The notes: generated from the sequence alone by a model not told the origin. 64,000 nt of DNA from an uncultured bacterium (GCA_963716985.1 OY970323.1:32001-96000), one strand, 5' to 3'. Counted from the first letter of the stretch, positions 39,665 to 49,738 are shown. Translations and numbers: made by a program.

Positions 39665-39794
39665 TTGTTTTGCTCGTAAGCGGAGAGGGGATGAAAATAA
39701 GCAAAACCCCAAAAGAAGCAGCCACCTTGATGATAAAGAGTATAACCTGCAAGTCGATCTAACCTCTCTTCACCAAGATGCATTTCACTCTCGT

Positions 39795-40217
39795 TCATTC
39801 ATAGCTCTTTTTCATATTTGTCTGAATGCATCTAGCTACGGATGCTTTGGAAATGACCGTAGTAGCTGAGAAAAGATTTTTAATGCCAATAATCATCAGC
39901 ATTTGCTCGGGAGCGGAAAAATGATCCAGTCCAAGCATATGCACATAAGTGGGCGATGCAATGCCTGTAGCTTGAAGGGAGATCACTAAAGACAAAACCG
40001 TGATGATCATCGAAAATATCCGATAGTTTTTAGGATCTCTTTTATCCACAATAATTCCCTGGATTGGAGCTACAAGCGATTGACAGCCAAGAAAAACAAA
40101 AAAGATCCATGCAGGAGAAGCAACTTTCAATGCCATGTAAATTAAAGCAACATCAACTGCCAGATCTATCAGCATATCAAACATCGCTCGAATCGAAACA
40201 GGCTCGGAAAATAGAAT
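39795..40217 (-). pseudogene. Membrane protein (MFS-like) truncated by IS701 insertion
   Basis: Hydrophobic helices with QSLVAPIQGIIVDKR (MFS motif-A-like). The frame runs into the IS terminal repeat. Confidence 0.45.
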
Positions 40218-41739
40218 CTCGACTTTGTACATTTTTCGATCTGATAGCCCAAAGTCATTTGCTTCAATCTGTAAAATAAAAAGTTGATAGAGAGTGCCGC
40301 TTCGCGCATACTATTTGGTTCAGTAAAACAAAATGGTAGGCTCTCATGGACTCTCTATCGTCAAACATTTTAGCAGTACTCATCCCTTTTTCAGTACTTT
40401 TTTCAAATCCTTCTTGGAAAAAAGCTCTGACCTTATTACTTGGCACGCTTTTATGCACTGGCAAGAGAACCGTGTGCGCGGCTCTGCGCGCAATGGGTCT
40501 TGAGCATCAGGCGGGTTTTTCAAAGTACCATCACCTTTTAAACCGGGCGGAATGGTCGTCACTCAAGGCAGCGAAAATCCTATTCTTTATGTTGCTTATC
40601 TTTGTCTCCGATCAGCATCCTTTGGTTCTGCTCATTGACGAGACATTGGAGCGCAGGCGTGGCAAGAAGATAAAAGCAAAGGGCTATTATCGAGATGCGG
40701 TTCGATCGTCACAGTCTCGAGTGGTCAAAGCCATGGGTTTGAAGTGGCAGGTTATGGCGCTCTCTGTGAAATTGCCGTTTATGTCGAGAGCACTTGCATT
40801 GCCTTTTTTGAGTGCACTGGAGCCTTCTAAAAAATGTGATGAAGCGAAGAAACGTCGGCACAAAACCTCATTAAAATGGGCGAGTCAGATGGTCTTACAG
40901 GTGCGTCGATGGGTAGGTAAGGCGCGATCACTAATTCTTGTTGGCGATGGAGGATATGCTGCGGGACAGTTGGCTCTGAACTGTATCTGTTCTGGGGTGA
41001 CTCTTGTTTCGCGACTGAAAATGAATGCAGCCCTGTTCGATTTCCCGGCCGAAAAGCGTCCCGGTCAAAGGGGACGTACAGCACAGAAGGGCGTCAAATT
41101 GAAAAATTTTAAAGAGATGCTATCTCTGAAGGGATTGCCCTGGAAAGAAATGGAAGTAGTCGGTTACGGCGGAGAGAAACGGGTAGCTCGCGTGCTGTCT
41201 AACACATGTATGTGGGGAGCCGATGGAGTGACTCCTATTCCCATCCGATGGACTTTGGTGGTGGATCCTACAGGAAAACTTGATCCTCTACCTCTTATGA
41301 GCACAGATCCACTCATGACGGCAGAACGTATGATAGAATTATTTATCGATCGCTGGGGACTTGAGGTCACATTCGAGGAAACACGTGAACATCTTGGCGT
41401 AGAGACCCAGCGGCAATGGTCGGATCGAGCAATAGCCCGATCGACTCCCATACTGATGGGGCTATATAGTTGTGTATGCCTAATGGCAAATCGATTGGGA
41501 CAGGTAAAGTTGCTGAAAGTAGAGGCAACTGCTTGGCACCAAAAAGAGCACGTCACATTTTCCGATATGTTGAGGGCCGTGCGCATGGTAATATGGAGGG
41601 ATAATTTAATTTCCGGGAAGGCTAAAATCACCCCTTCCGTGGAAAATATTACTCCGGAAATGGTGGATTGGATGGATGATATAGTAAGGCGAGTGCTTCA
41701 GGCGGCCTGAGCTAAGCCGCTAAAAGTTGCAAAGTCGAG
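40218..41739 (+). mobile_element. IS701-family insertion sequence, apparently complete
   Basis: Inverted repeats CTCGACTTTG(T)A at 40218 and T(G)CAAAGTCGAG ending at 41739 enclose one transposase ORF. Confidence 0.85.
40346..41710 (+). CDS. DDE transposase (IS701/IS4 superfamily, DDE_5-like)
   Basis: LLIDETLERR.G, VGDGGYA, RWGLEVTFEE.REHLGVETQRQWS. Confidence 0.9.
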   Translation: MDSLSSNILAVLIPFSVLFSNPSWKKALTLLLGTLLCTGKRTVCAALRAMGLEHQAGFSKYHHLLNRAEWSSLKAAKILFFMLLIFVSDQHPLVLLIDETLERRRGKKIKAKGYYRDAVRSSQSRVVKAMGLKWQVMALSVKLPFMSRALALPFLSALEPSKKCDEAKKRRHKTSLKWASQMVLQVRRWVGKARSLILVGDGGYAAGQLALNCICSGVTLVSRLKMNAALFDFPAEKRPGQRGRTAQKGVKLKNFKEMLSLKGLPWKEMEVVGYGGEKRVARVLSNTCMWGADGVTPIPIRWTLVVDPTGKLDPLPLMSTDPLMTAERMIELFIDRWGLEVTFEETREHLGVETQRQWSDRAIARSTPILMGLYSCVCLMANRLGQVKLLKVEATAWHQKEHVTFSDMLRAVRMVIWRDNLISGKAKITPSVENITPEMVDWMDDIVRRVLQAA

Positions 41740-42842
41740 AGAACAGCTTTATGAAATGGGAATCGACATTTCCCCGGCGCAACTCAGCAATATTCTGATT
41801 CAGAACAAAGAAAGCTTTCACCAAGAAAAAGAAGAGATTCTCAAAGCCGGCCTGGTTTTCAGTAAATTTCTTAATGCAGATGATACGGGTGCAAGACACG
41901 ATGGGAAGAACGGATACTGCACAGCCATCGGCAGTCCTTTGTTTACCTACTTTGAAAGCACAGGTTCTAAAAGTCGAATCAATTTTTTAAAAATCTTGCA
42001 GGGCAAGGAAGAATTGTATGCTCTAACGGAAGAGGCCATAAATTATGCTTTCGAGCATGGGATTGGAGAAAAATCTCTCGCAGCTCTGGAGAAGCATAAA
42101 GGTAAACAATTTCAAGAAAGCGCTTTTTGGGAAAATTTTCTTAAAAAACAAAAAATCGAATCTGAAAAAGATCGTAGAATTGCTACTGAAGCGGCTCTTT
42201 TAGGCGGGGCTTTGGAAAAAGGAGTCAACCCATTTCTGATTACGATAAGTGATGCTGCAAGACAGTTTGCAATTTTTCTAAATGGGCTTTGTTGGGTCCA
42301 TGAAGAACGTCATTATCGAAAACTGATTCCTCTATCAGATGTTGAAAAAATAGAGCTTGAAATGGTTCGTTCAGATATTTGGGATTTTTATGAAGCGCTG
42401 AAAGAATACAAGAAAAAACCGACTCTTGTCCTGCAGAAAACTCTTGAAGATCGATTCGATCAGATTTTCGGCAAAGCATACAAAAGTGCAGCCATAAATT
42501 CACTTCTTGCGAATACCCGGTCAAGAAAAGACGGGCTCTTGCTCGTCCTTAAGTATCCATTTATTCCTCTTCATAACAATGACTGCGAAAGAGATATCCG
42601 TGAATATGCAAAGCGGAGAAAGATCTCTGGAGGCACACGAAGCGAAGCTGGCCGCAAAGCCAGAGACACTTTTGCAAGTCTCAAGAAAACCTGCATGAAA
42701 TTAGGCATCAGTTTTTGTGACTATTTGAAAGACAGGCTTGTAAATGCAAAAAAAATTCCCCGGATGAAAGATCTTATTGAACAAAAATCACAGGCATCGC
42801 CGGCAAGTTTTTAGTTTTTCCCAGACGTTTTTGAGAACTTAC
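41740..42842 (+). pseudogene. IS66-family TnpC-like transposase, 5'-truncated, with right terminal repeat
   Basis: NADDTG, ISDAARQF, LCWVHEERH, PLHNNDCERDIR, RKISGGTRS..G. The element ends in TTAC (reverse complement GTAA) at 42842. Confidence 0.85.
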
Positions 42843-43097
42843 GATTCACCCTACTGTAAGGGTGGTCTTGTTAGTGAAGACAACTTATCATAGCAGCCTC
42901 GTGTCGCACTGGTATTTGCAATCCCATTTAGAATGGGCTAAACTTTCGTATGACGATGTTGTCATAAAATCTCCTTTGTTGACCGTCAAGCCAACAAAAA
43001 AGATACAACATCGTCTTTTGTCTTTTCACTGAATCTAAAGGCCAAGCCTTGAGAGTCCACTGGTCAAACCAGTGGCTTACCTATCAGCCAGTTAGAC
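42843..43097 (-). mobile_element. Internally deleted IS200-type element (both ends plus first 18 tnpA codons)
   Basis: End hairpins CCACTGG-TCAAA-CCAGTGG (43057-43075) and CACCCT-ACTGTA-AGGGTG. Mini-ORF 42888-42965 reads MTTSSYESLAHSKWDCKY, matching the TnpA N-terminus. Confidence 0.8.
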
Positions 43098-43145
43098 TTA
43101 AAAATCTTTTGGCGTAAAGATTGATTTGAGTATGCTGATATTCGA

Positions 43146-43790
43146 ATGCAAAGGATCTTTCAAATGCCTCTTCCTAAAAAAGGATTAACCCCCCTGGTGA
43201 TTGCCTCGTCGAATGTGCATAAAATTCGAGAAATCAAAGAAATGCTCAAAGAAACACTTTCGATCGATCTGCTCTCGCTAAGAGACTTCCCTCATTATCA
43301 ATCGCCGGAAGAAACGGCCGATTCCTTTAAAGGAAATGCAATCTTGAAAGCCACCCAAGCGGCAAAGAGCTTAAAACATTGGGCTCTTGGCGAAGATTCG
43401 GGACTTGTCGTTCCTGCGCTCGGAGGCGAGCCGGGAGTCTTTTCTGCACGCTATGCCGGCAACGATGCTTCCGATGCGGACAATCGAAATAAGCTTCTTT
43501 TCAAAATGCAGCATCTCATGGACACAGACAGAGACGCCTATTTTGCATGCTGCTTTGCTCTGGTCTCTCCCGAAGGCTCTTTAAAAAAAACCGCTTGCGC
43601 CACTTGCGAAGGAACCATTCTTCCTCAAGAAAAAGGCGGCAGCGGTTTTGGATATGACGCGCTCTTTATTAAGCATGGCTACAATAAAACCTTCGCTGAG
43701 CTAGAATCGAGCCTCAAAAACAAAACTTCTCATAGAAGAAAAGCGCTCGACAAGATGCTCACCTGCTTGGAAGAGATCTTTTGTTCTTAA
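43146..43790 (+). CDS. rdgB: Non-canonical purine NTP pyrophosphatase (HAM1/RdgB)
   Basis: IASSNVHKIRE, EDSGL, PGVFSARYAG, GFGYD, SHRRKAL. Confidence 0.95.
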   Translation: MQRIFQMPLPKKGLTPLVIASSNVHKIREIKEMLKETLSIDLLSLRDFPHYQSPEETADSFKGNAILKATQAAKSLKHWALGEDSGLVVPALGGEPGVFSARYAGNDASDADNRNKLLFKMQHLMDTDRDAYFACCFALVSPEGSLKKTACATCEGTILPQEKGGSGFGYDALFIKHGYNKTFAELESSLKNKTSHRRKALDKMLTCLEEIFCS

Positions 43791-43905
43791 GAATATGCGG
43801 GAAAGCATTTTCTTCGACCTCCCTCAAGGGCAGCAACAGATTTCCGTTTTAAAAAAACCACTTCTTTTCTAAATTTACATTCATTTTTTCAAGAAAGGAG
43901 AAACC

Positions 43906-44766
43906 ATGTCGGTCGAATCTCTCTCTTCTCCCGAGGATCTCGTAGCGCAATGTGCGGATCCTACTTTCTCTGATACGGATCTACCGGATAGCTCCTTGCT
44001 TTTTCAAAGGAGGATCGTCGATCTTTCATTGAAAGGAAAGAACACGGGAATAAGCCATTCTTTTTCTCTCTCTCATCTCTTCAAAAAATGGACCAACAGC
44101 TCGCCGGACCCTAAGACCCACCCCTCGCTCGGTGATTTGAATTTGGATGAGTTTTCGATTACGCCATCCAAGTGTTATGATTTAGAGCGACCGGAACTCG
44201 AGAGGGGAGAAATTGGCTTTATCAACGGCATTCTGACAGAATATCGCGAAGCTGAACAACATGCTTTTTTTCTCTCCTCCCTGGCAAAGGGGCGCAACAT
44301 TCACGGAGTCTATAAAGCAAGGAGGCCTTTGCATCTGGAGCTTCTTGAGAGTTTTTCTCCACTCGACACACCTCCCGTTTTTCTTCTGCAAAACCAGTGG
44401 AGATGTTTTTTTTCAGCGCATCCCGATCTCAAATATTTGCAAATCTGCCATAGCCAAGGAGCTCTTCATGTCAAAAAAGCGTTGATGGGACTAACGGACG
44501 AAGAGAGAAATAAAATCATCGTGGTTGCAATCGCGCCGCAAGAGCTGATCCCTAAAAATCTTTGCTACAAAGCCGACCATTATCTGAGCAGCGGCGATTT
44601 CATTCCCTTTTTGAGAACAAAAGAGAGCGAAGAGAGCCTTGCAAACGTACACATACGAGCGCCCGGCAAAAAAGCCCATCTTTTAGACCATGATTTTGAA
44701 AGTTTTTCCTATCGAGAAGCTCTCAGATTCCATATCGAGAGCTACATGGAGCATCCAGAGGGATAA
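43906..44766 (+). CDS. Hypothetical alpha/beta-hydrolase-like protein (chlamydial DUF687-like)
   Basis: IGFINGI, CHSQGA nucleophile-elbow-like motif, DFIP, DHDF. Ser-rich N-terminus. Confidence 0.55.
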   Translation: MSVESLSSPEDLVAQCADPTFSDTDLPDSSLLFQRRIVDLSLKGKNTGISHSFSLSHLFKKWTNSSPDPKTHPSLGDLNLDEFSITPSKCYDLERPELERGEIGFINGILTEYREAEQHAFFLSSLAKGRNIHGVYKARRPLHLELLESFSPLDTPPVFLLQNQWRCFFSAHPDLKYLQICHSQGALHVKKALMGLTDEERNKIIVVAIAPQELIPKNLCYKADHYLSSGDFIPFLRTKESEESLANVHIRAPGKKAHLLDHDFESFSYREALRFHIESYMEHPEG

Positions 44767-44773
44767 TCTTTCA

Positions 44774-45064
44774 TCAAAAGCGAATCTCGAATGCTCGGAA
44801 CTTTCTTTCTGTTTCAGAAAAAAAGCATTCCATGCGTGCAATGTTCTCTCTGTTTTTTTGATCGATCCTTTGCAAGAGCTCCTCGAGCAGATGTTTTTCT
44901 CCGATTGCCAAAAGCTCAACGGAGCCGTCGGAGTTGTTTTTCACCCAGCCGCCAAGATGAAGATCGGTGGCCATTTTTAAAATTGAGGAGCGAAACCCCA
45001 CTCCCTGCACTCTTCCAAAAAAACGAGCATGCAGCTCAAACCTCTTCAACACACTCCACCTCAT
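44774..45064 (-). CDS. acyP: Acylphosphatase
   Basis: GRVQGVGFR and GWVKNNSDGSVE signatures. Confidence 0.93.
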   Translation of the reverse strand: MRWSVLKRFELHARFFGRVQGVGFRSSILKMATDLHLGGWVKNNSDGSVELLAIGEKHLLEELLQRIDQKNRENIARMECFFSETERKFRAFEIRF

Positions 45065-46034
45065 TTTGATCTGTAAAAAGAAGAATCGCTTCTTTCATCT
45101 CTTCGATCGTCCTCGATTGATTGCAGGCAACGCGCAATTTCTTAACGCCTCTGAGCCCCTTCAAATAGGCGCAGGCGATTCGCTTCATTTGAAAAATGAC
45201 CTTTTCCGGCGGATAATACTCTTCTAAATAGGAAAAATGCAGAGCTAATATTTCCAAAGGAGAGGGAGCGTGAAAAGGAATTCCTAAAAAGGATGAGCGA
45301 ATCTCTTGCACGATCCAGGGAGCGGTTAGAGCCGACCGAGCAACCATCAAACCGTCGCAGCGGCTCTTCTCAAAGAGTAGGCGGGCAGATCGTGCATCTT
45401 GCACATCGCCGTTGCCAAAGACCAAGATTTTCTTGGCGCACCTTTTTCCCTCTTCAATATGGGAGGGATTCGAAAGCCCTTCATATTTTTGACACCTCGT
45501 CCTTCCGTGAATCGTAATCGCTGAAGCCCCCTCCTCCTCTGCTATCTGCACAAGTTCGGATACGCAAATATGATTTGCATCCCAGCCGCTGCGCACTTTG
45601 ATTGTAACCGGAATTTTTACGGAAGAAACAATCGCAAAGATCATTTTTCGCAAAAGAAGAAGGTCGCGAAGGAGCGCAGAGCCGCTTCCGTCTTTTGTGA
45701 CCTTATCTACGGGACATCCGCAATTGAGATCGATCAGATCAAACCCAAGATCTTCTATGAATTTTGCAGCCTCTGCGGCAATCACAGGATTGCTTCCGCA
45801 CATCTGGGCGCCCAATGGGTGCATCCGGCTTCCATATTCGAGCATGCGAAGCGTTTCTCCGCACCTTCGCACAACCGCTTCGATCTTCACCATTTCGCAA
45901 AAGAAAAGGCCCGGGCGGAACTGAGAGGCAATGCGGCGAAAGGGCAGGTCCGTATGTCCGGCCATCGGAGCATAGAAAATGTTATTGGGCAAAAGCAAGG
46001 ACCCCAAGCGAAACTCTTCTTGATAACGGCTCAT
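45036..46034 (-). CDS. dusB: tRNA-dihydrouridine synthase
   Basis: APMAGHTDLPFR, IDLNCGCP, PVTIKVRSGW, IHGRT, GNGDV. Confidence 0.93.
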   Translation of the reverse strand: MSRYQEEFRLGSLLLPNNIFYAPMAGHTDLPFRRIASQFRPGLFFCEMVKIEAVVRRCGETLRMLEYGSRMHPLGAQMCGSNPVIAAEAAKFIEDLGFDLIDLNCGCPVDKVTKDGSGSALLRDLLLLRKMIFAIVSSVKIPVTIKVRSGWDANHICVSELVQIAEEEGASAITIHGRTRCQKYEGLSNPSHIEEGKRCAKKILVFGNGDVQDARSARLLFEKSRCDGLMVARSALTAPWIVQEIRSSFLGIPFHAPSPLEILALHFSYLEEYYPPEKVIFQMKRIACAYLKGLRGVKKLRVACNQSRTIEEMKEAILLFTDQNEVECVEEV

Positions 46035-46282
46035 GAAAAAAACCGCAAAAGAAACTTTTCTAAAAATTGCAACGCAAAAAAAGCCAAGAGGGGACTCAAA
46101 TCCACCATTCCGCCGATGGGAGGTATCATCCTTCTGAAAAGATGCAAAAAAGGCTCTGTATAAAAGGCGATAAACTGCATCCACTTAGAATTGCGAAAGG
46201 AGGGGAACCAAGATCCCATCACGCGCAAGAAGATAAGAACCGTATAGACTTTGAAAATCAATTGTATGATCGCTGCAATCAT
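46031..46282 (-). CDS. yggT: YggT family membrane protein
   Basis: SWFP, TEPFL..FRRMIPPIGGMVDLSPLLAF. Confidence 0.9.
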   Translation of the reverse strand: MIAAIIQLIFKVYTVLIFLRVMGSWFPSFRNSKWMQFIAFYTEPFLHLFRRMIPPIGGMVDLSPLLAFFALQFLEKFLLRFFS

Positions 46283-46425
46283 GGGCAATCCCTTAAGTGT
46301 TAACCTTGTTATTATAATGGTTTTTTTCTATTAGAAAAAGCCCAAATCCGAAGTCTATAATTTTTTTTACCATTCCATTCTTTCTCTCCAACCTCTATTA
46401 TAGTGAAAATTTTTTTCGGTTTTTT

Positions 46426-47850
46426 ATGGAAACAGTTGGACTCGAGCTTGGTAAAAATCTTTTTCGCATCGCCCATTTGACCAAGAGAGGATCCTCTATC
46501 GCCATCTCTTCGCTTCAAGAAGAGGCGAATGTAAAGCTGCTTGACCTCGACCTTTCAAAAAAAAGAATCGTCACGGGACTCGACCCCTCGGACCTCCTCC
46601 TCAAACCCCTGCTCATTAAACTGCAAAGGCCCAGAGATCTAAAAAAAGCCCTCCCATTTCAAACACAAACGCTCACCTCCCTTCCCTACGAAGAAGCTCT
46701 TTTTATTCCCCGCTGCGTCCGCAAAGATCAAGAAGGATTCCACCTTCTCTATTTCATCACCCTGAAAGAAGCAGTAAGGGCTCATTTGGAAAAACACGCT
46801 CCCTTTTCTCTGGATCCCGATCTTGTCTCTGCCACCCCCTTGGCCCTCGCAAGATTTGCGGAGTTTCTCTTTCCCTCTCTCTCTTCTTTCTATCTGCTCC
46901 ACATCGAGCAGGACCGCGTCCTTTGCCTCAACATTGAAAACCATCTTCCCACGAAAGTGATGACATTCGATAGCGAAGAAAATTTGCAAAAGGGAAAAGG
47001 GAAAAACCCTTTGGAAATGAACGACTTCTTCAAGCAAAGAATCGAACATGTCTTTGCCTCATTCGGGGCGAAGGAAAAACTTCCCCTGCTTCTCACCGGA
47101 GAAAAAGAACTTGTCCCGGCAAGCGAAGATTTTTGGGCCTCCTCTTTTTCCTCTACTCTTTCACACGTTCTTCCAATTCCGGAAAAGGAGGGCCGCTTTG
47201 CCATTGCCATTGGCCTATGCCTGGATGCTTTGAGCCCCAATCCACTCTCTTTTCGGCAACAAGAACTCACACCAAAAAAACACCTCTCTTCTTTGGGTAA
47301 AAAAATCGTTTTCTCGCTTCTTTTTCTTCTCTCTCTCTTCGTTTTCTTGGGAATCGGCGGAGAGTTTTTTTTCAAAAAAAGAAGGGCTCTTTTCGAAAAA
47401 AAAATTGAGGAGCTGTCCCAAGCTGAAGTTGGGGAAAAAAAATCTCTCTCTGCTCTCGAAAAAATCCTCAAAAAAGAGGGCAAAGACTTTCCCTTCTACT
47501 TACAAGTTCCCCCGGCTTCTTCCGTTCTTTATTGGCTGAAGGCGCACCCCGTTTTTGGGAAGGAAGCGGAAAACAAGCCTCTTTTTGAACTGACAAATTT
47601 TCATTATGAACTTTTGGAAATGCCCACCCTTCAAGATCCTCAAAAACCAAGTATTGCCCATGTGGAAATAGAATTTGTTGCATCCGATCTTTTTTGGGCG
47701 CGAGCATTTCATGAATCGCTCCTTGAAGAAAGTCCATTCTTGGACAAAAAAGAAGTGGAATGGGAAGCGCTGTCGGAAAATCGATACAGGGCCTCCTTTT
47801 ATTTAAAACCCCTCTCGTTGAAGGACCTTTATGATGCAAAAAACCTTTGA
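46426..47850 (+). CDS. Conserved chlamydial hypothetical protein with one TM segment
   Basis: Long ORF, first of four overlapping or adjacent genes ending in ygfA; VGLELG start and single TM helix. Confidence 0.65.
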   Translation: METVGLELGKNLFRIAHLTKRGSSIAISSLQEEANVKLLDLDLSKKRIVTGLDPSDLLLKPLLIKLQRPRDLKKALPFQTQTLTSLPYEEALFIPRCVRKDQEGFHLLYFITLKEAVRAHLEKHAPFSLDPDLVSATPLALARFAEFLFPSLSSFYLLHIEQDRVLCLNIENHLPTKVMTFDSEENLQKGKGKNPLEMNDFFKQRIEHVFASFGAKEKLPLLLTGEKELVPASEDFWASSFSSTLSHVLPIPEKEGRFAIAIGLCLDALSPNPLSFRQQELTPKKHLSSLGKKIVFSLLFLLSLFVFLGIGGEFFFKKRRALFEKKIEELSQAEVGEKKSLSALEKILKKEGKDFPFYLQVPPASSVLYWLKAHPVFGKEAENKPLFELTNFHYELLEMPTLQDPQKPSIAHVEIEFVASDLFWARAFHESLLEESPFLDKKEVEWEALSENRYRASFYLKPLSLKDLYDAKNL

Positions 47851-48475
47851 AACGATTGGCAAACTCTCCCTTCGCCGGCATTTTTTTTCCTTTTTTTCTT
47901 TCGGGCTCATTGTCTGCTCGCTTTGTTTTTTTTCTTTTTTTGTTTTAAAAAAAAGAGAGCTCGAAGAGTTGTCCCATCGTATGGAAAACATTTATGAAAC
48001 TAGAAACAGTACTCTCGAAAAAAGAGTTTTGAAAAAAAACTTTTTTTCCCGCTATCGAGCATGTGACCCTCTTTATCTCGAAAAGCATGTGGAAACCCTC
48101 GGATTGCTTTCCCGCGAAATCGAAGAGCTCTACTCTCTTCTGAATCATCCCGCCTTCTGCATGAGAGAATCGCTGCATAAGCGGCTGCAATTTTTAACAA
48201 GCCCGCGCAACCGGATTGTTTTCCAAGAAGAAAATACCCAACGCTCCCGCCAGATGAAAGAAGCCCAAGTTTCTTTCCTTCATCCGGTGGAGATGGACCT
48301 GGATGATCTGGAAAAGACGCTCTCTCTCATCGAAGGGGTCGTGATCCAAGACCCGCTTCCTTTGGGAAGGCCTCAGCTCATCATTCAAAAGTTGGAAATG
48401 AAAAAAAAGCAGAAAGAGGAAGAAAAAGAAACCTTTGTCATTCAAATGCAACTTCTCAAAAGGGAATTTTTATGA
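47831..48475 (+). CDS. Conserved chlamydial hypothetical membrane-anchored protein
   Basis: N-terminal TM followed by a coiled coil; RPQLII motif; overlaps both neighbours. Confidence 0.65.
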   Translation: MMQKTFETIGKLSLRRHFFSFFSFGLIVCSLCFFSFFVLKKRELEELSHRMENIYETRNSTLEKRVLKKNFFSRYRACDPLYLEKHVETLGLLSREIEELYSLLNHPAFCMRESLHKRLQFLTSPRNRIVFQEENTQRSRQMKEAQVSFLHPVEMDLDDLEKTLSLIEGVVIQDPLPLGRPQLIIQKLEMKKKQKEEEKETFVIQMQLLKREFL

Positions 48476-49737
48476 AAAAAATTTGGACGTTTTTTCTTTT
48501 CGCATCCCTTTTCGGGTGCCACCCTAAAGAAAGCAAAGAGAATCTTTCTTGCATTCAGCTCATCAATCGCAACGGCTTTAGCGAAACCATCGGCACAAAG
48601 GAGCGGCTGACCGCCTTCCAATCGATGAACTTTCAAGCGCCGCAGCCCTATTCGCAGGTCTTGCGCATTTATAAGAAAACGGAAGAGGGGAAAACCCCCT
48701 CCATTGTGACCACCTACCATCCCAATGGACTTCCCCATCAATATCTTGAAATCATCGACGGCCGTGCATTTGGGGCCTATCGAGAGTGGCACTCGAACGG
48801 ACAATTAAAGATCGAGGCGCGAGTAGTGGGGGGCTCCGCCGACCTTTCCTCCTTTTCGCAAAAAGATTGGCTTTTCGACGGCGTTTGCAAAAGTTTCGAT
48901 GAAGAGGGGCATCTTCTCTCGGAAATCCCTTATGAAAAGGGCGCTTTCGAAGGAGTTGCTATCTATTACTTTCCCGATGGCGTCATGCAAAAAAAGATCC
49001 CTTACGCGCAAAACGAGCTCCATGGCAACTGGATCGAATTTTCTCCCACAGGCATCTTATTGCAGCAAAGTTCCTATGTGAAGGGAAAAAAAGAGGGCAT
49101 TTCGATTGGTTTTTGGGAGAATCAAAAACCCTGTTTTTTTGAAGAATATGACAGGGGACTCTTGAAAAAGGGAGAATATTTTTCTTCTTTTTCCCAATCG
49201 ATGGGCGGTGTGGAAAATGGAAAGGGGGTGCGCGTTGTTTTTCAAAAAGAGGGGTTTTATGAGCTCGTCGATTATCAAAATGGACTCGCGGAAGGGAAGG
49301 TAGAGCGTTACAACAACAATGACGAACTGCTTCACCTTTTTCATGTACAAAACGACCAAAAGCAGGGAGAAGAAATCTTCTTCTGGCCAAAAATCGATTC
49401 GCAAAAACCAATTCCCAAGATCTCTCTCTTTTGGGAAGAGGGAATGATCCATGGCTCGGTCAAGAGCTGGTATGAAAACGGCTCTTTGGAGAGCCAAAAA
49501 GAATTGCGCAGAAACAAAAAAAATGGCCCCTGCACCTGCTGGTATCCAAACGGCTCTTTGATGATCGTGGAGGAGTATGAAGACGATCTTCTTCTAGAAG
49601 GAAAATATTTCAAGCCCTATCAGTCCATTTTCGTTTCTTCGGTTACTAGAGGGGAGGGAGAGGCGACGCTGTTTGATAAAGAGGGGATTTTTTTAAGAAA
49701 AATTCGCTATTATAAGGGAAAGCCCCAAGAGCAATAA
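48472..49737 (+). CDS. MORN-variant (YwqK-like) repeat lipoprotein
   Basis: Lipobox LFGC; repeated Y/W-x-x-N-G and G..EG motifs. Confidence 0.8.
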   Translation: MKKIWTFFLFASLFGCHPKESKENLSCIQLINRNGFSETIGTKERLTAFQSMNFQAPQPYSQVLRIYKKTEEGKTPSIVTTYHPNGLPHQYLEIIDGRAFGAYREWHSNGQLKIEARVVGGSADLSSFSQKDWLFDGVCKSFDEEGHLLSEIPYEKGAFEGVAIYYFPDGVMQKKIPYAQNELHGNWIEFSPTGILLQQSSYVKGKKEGISIGFWENQKPCFFEEYDRGLLKKGEYFSSFSQSMGGVENGKGVRVVFQKEGFYELVDYQNGLAEGKVERYNNNDELLHLFHVQNDQKQGEEIFFWPKIDSQKPIPKISLFWEEGMIHGSVKSWYENGSLESQKELRRNKKNGPCTCWYPNGSLMIVEEYEDDLLLEGKYFKPYQSIFVSSVTRGEGEATLFDKEGIFLRKIRYYKGKPQEQ

Positions 49738-49738
49738 A

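Noticed and set aside
40211..41746. Target-site duplication around the IS701 copy
   Set aside because: The flanks (AGAAT vs AGAAC) are only similar and belong to unrelated genes, so a clean insertion cannot be claimed.
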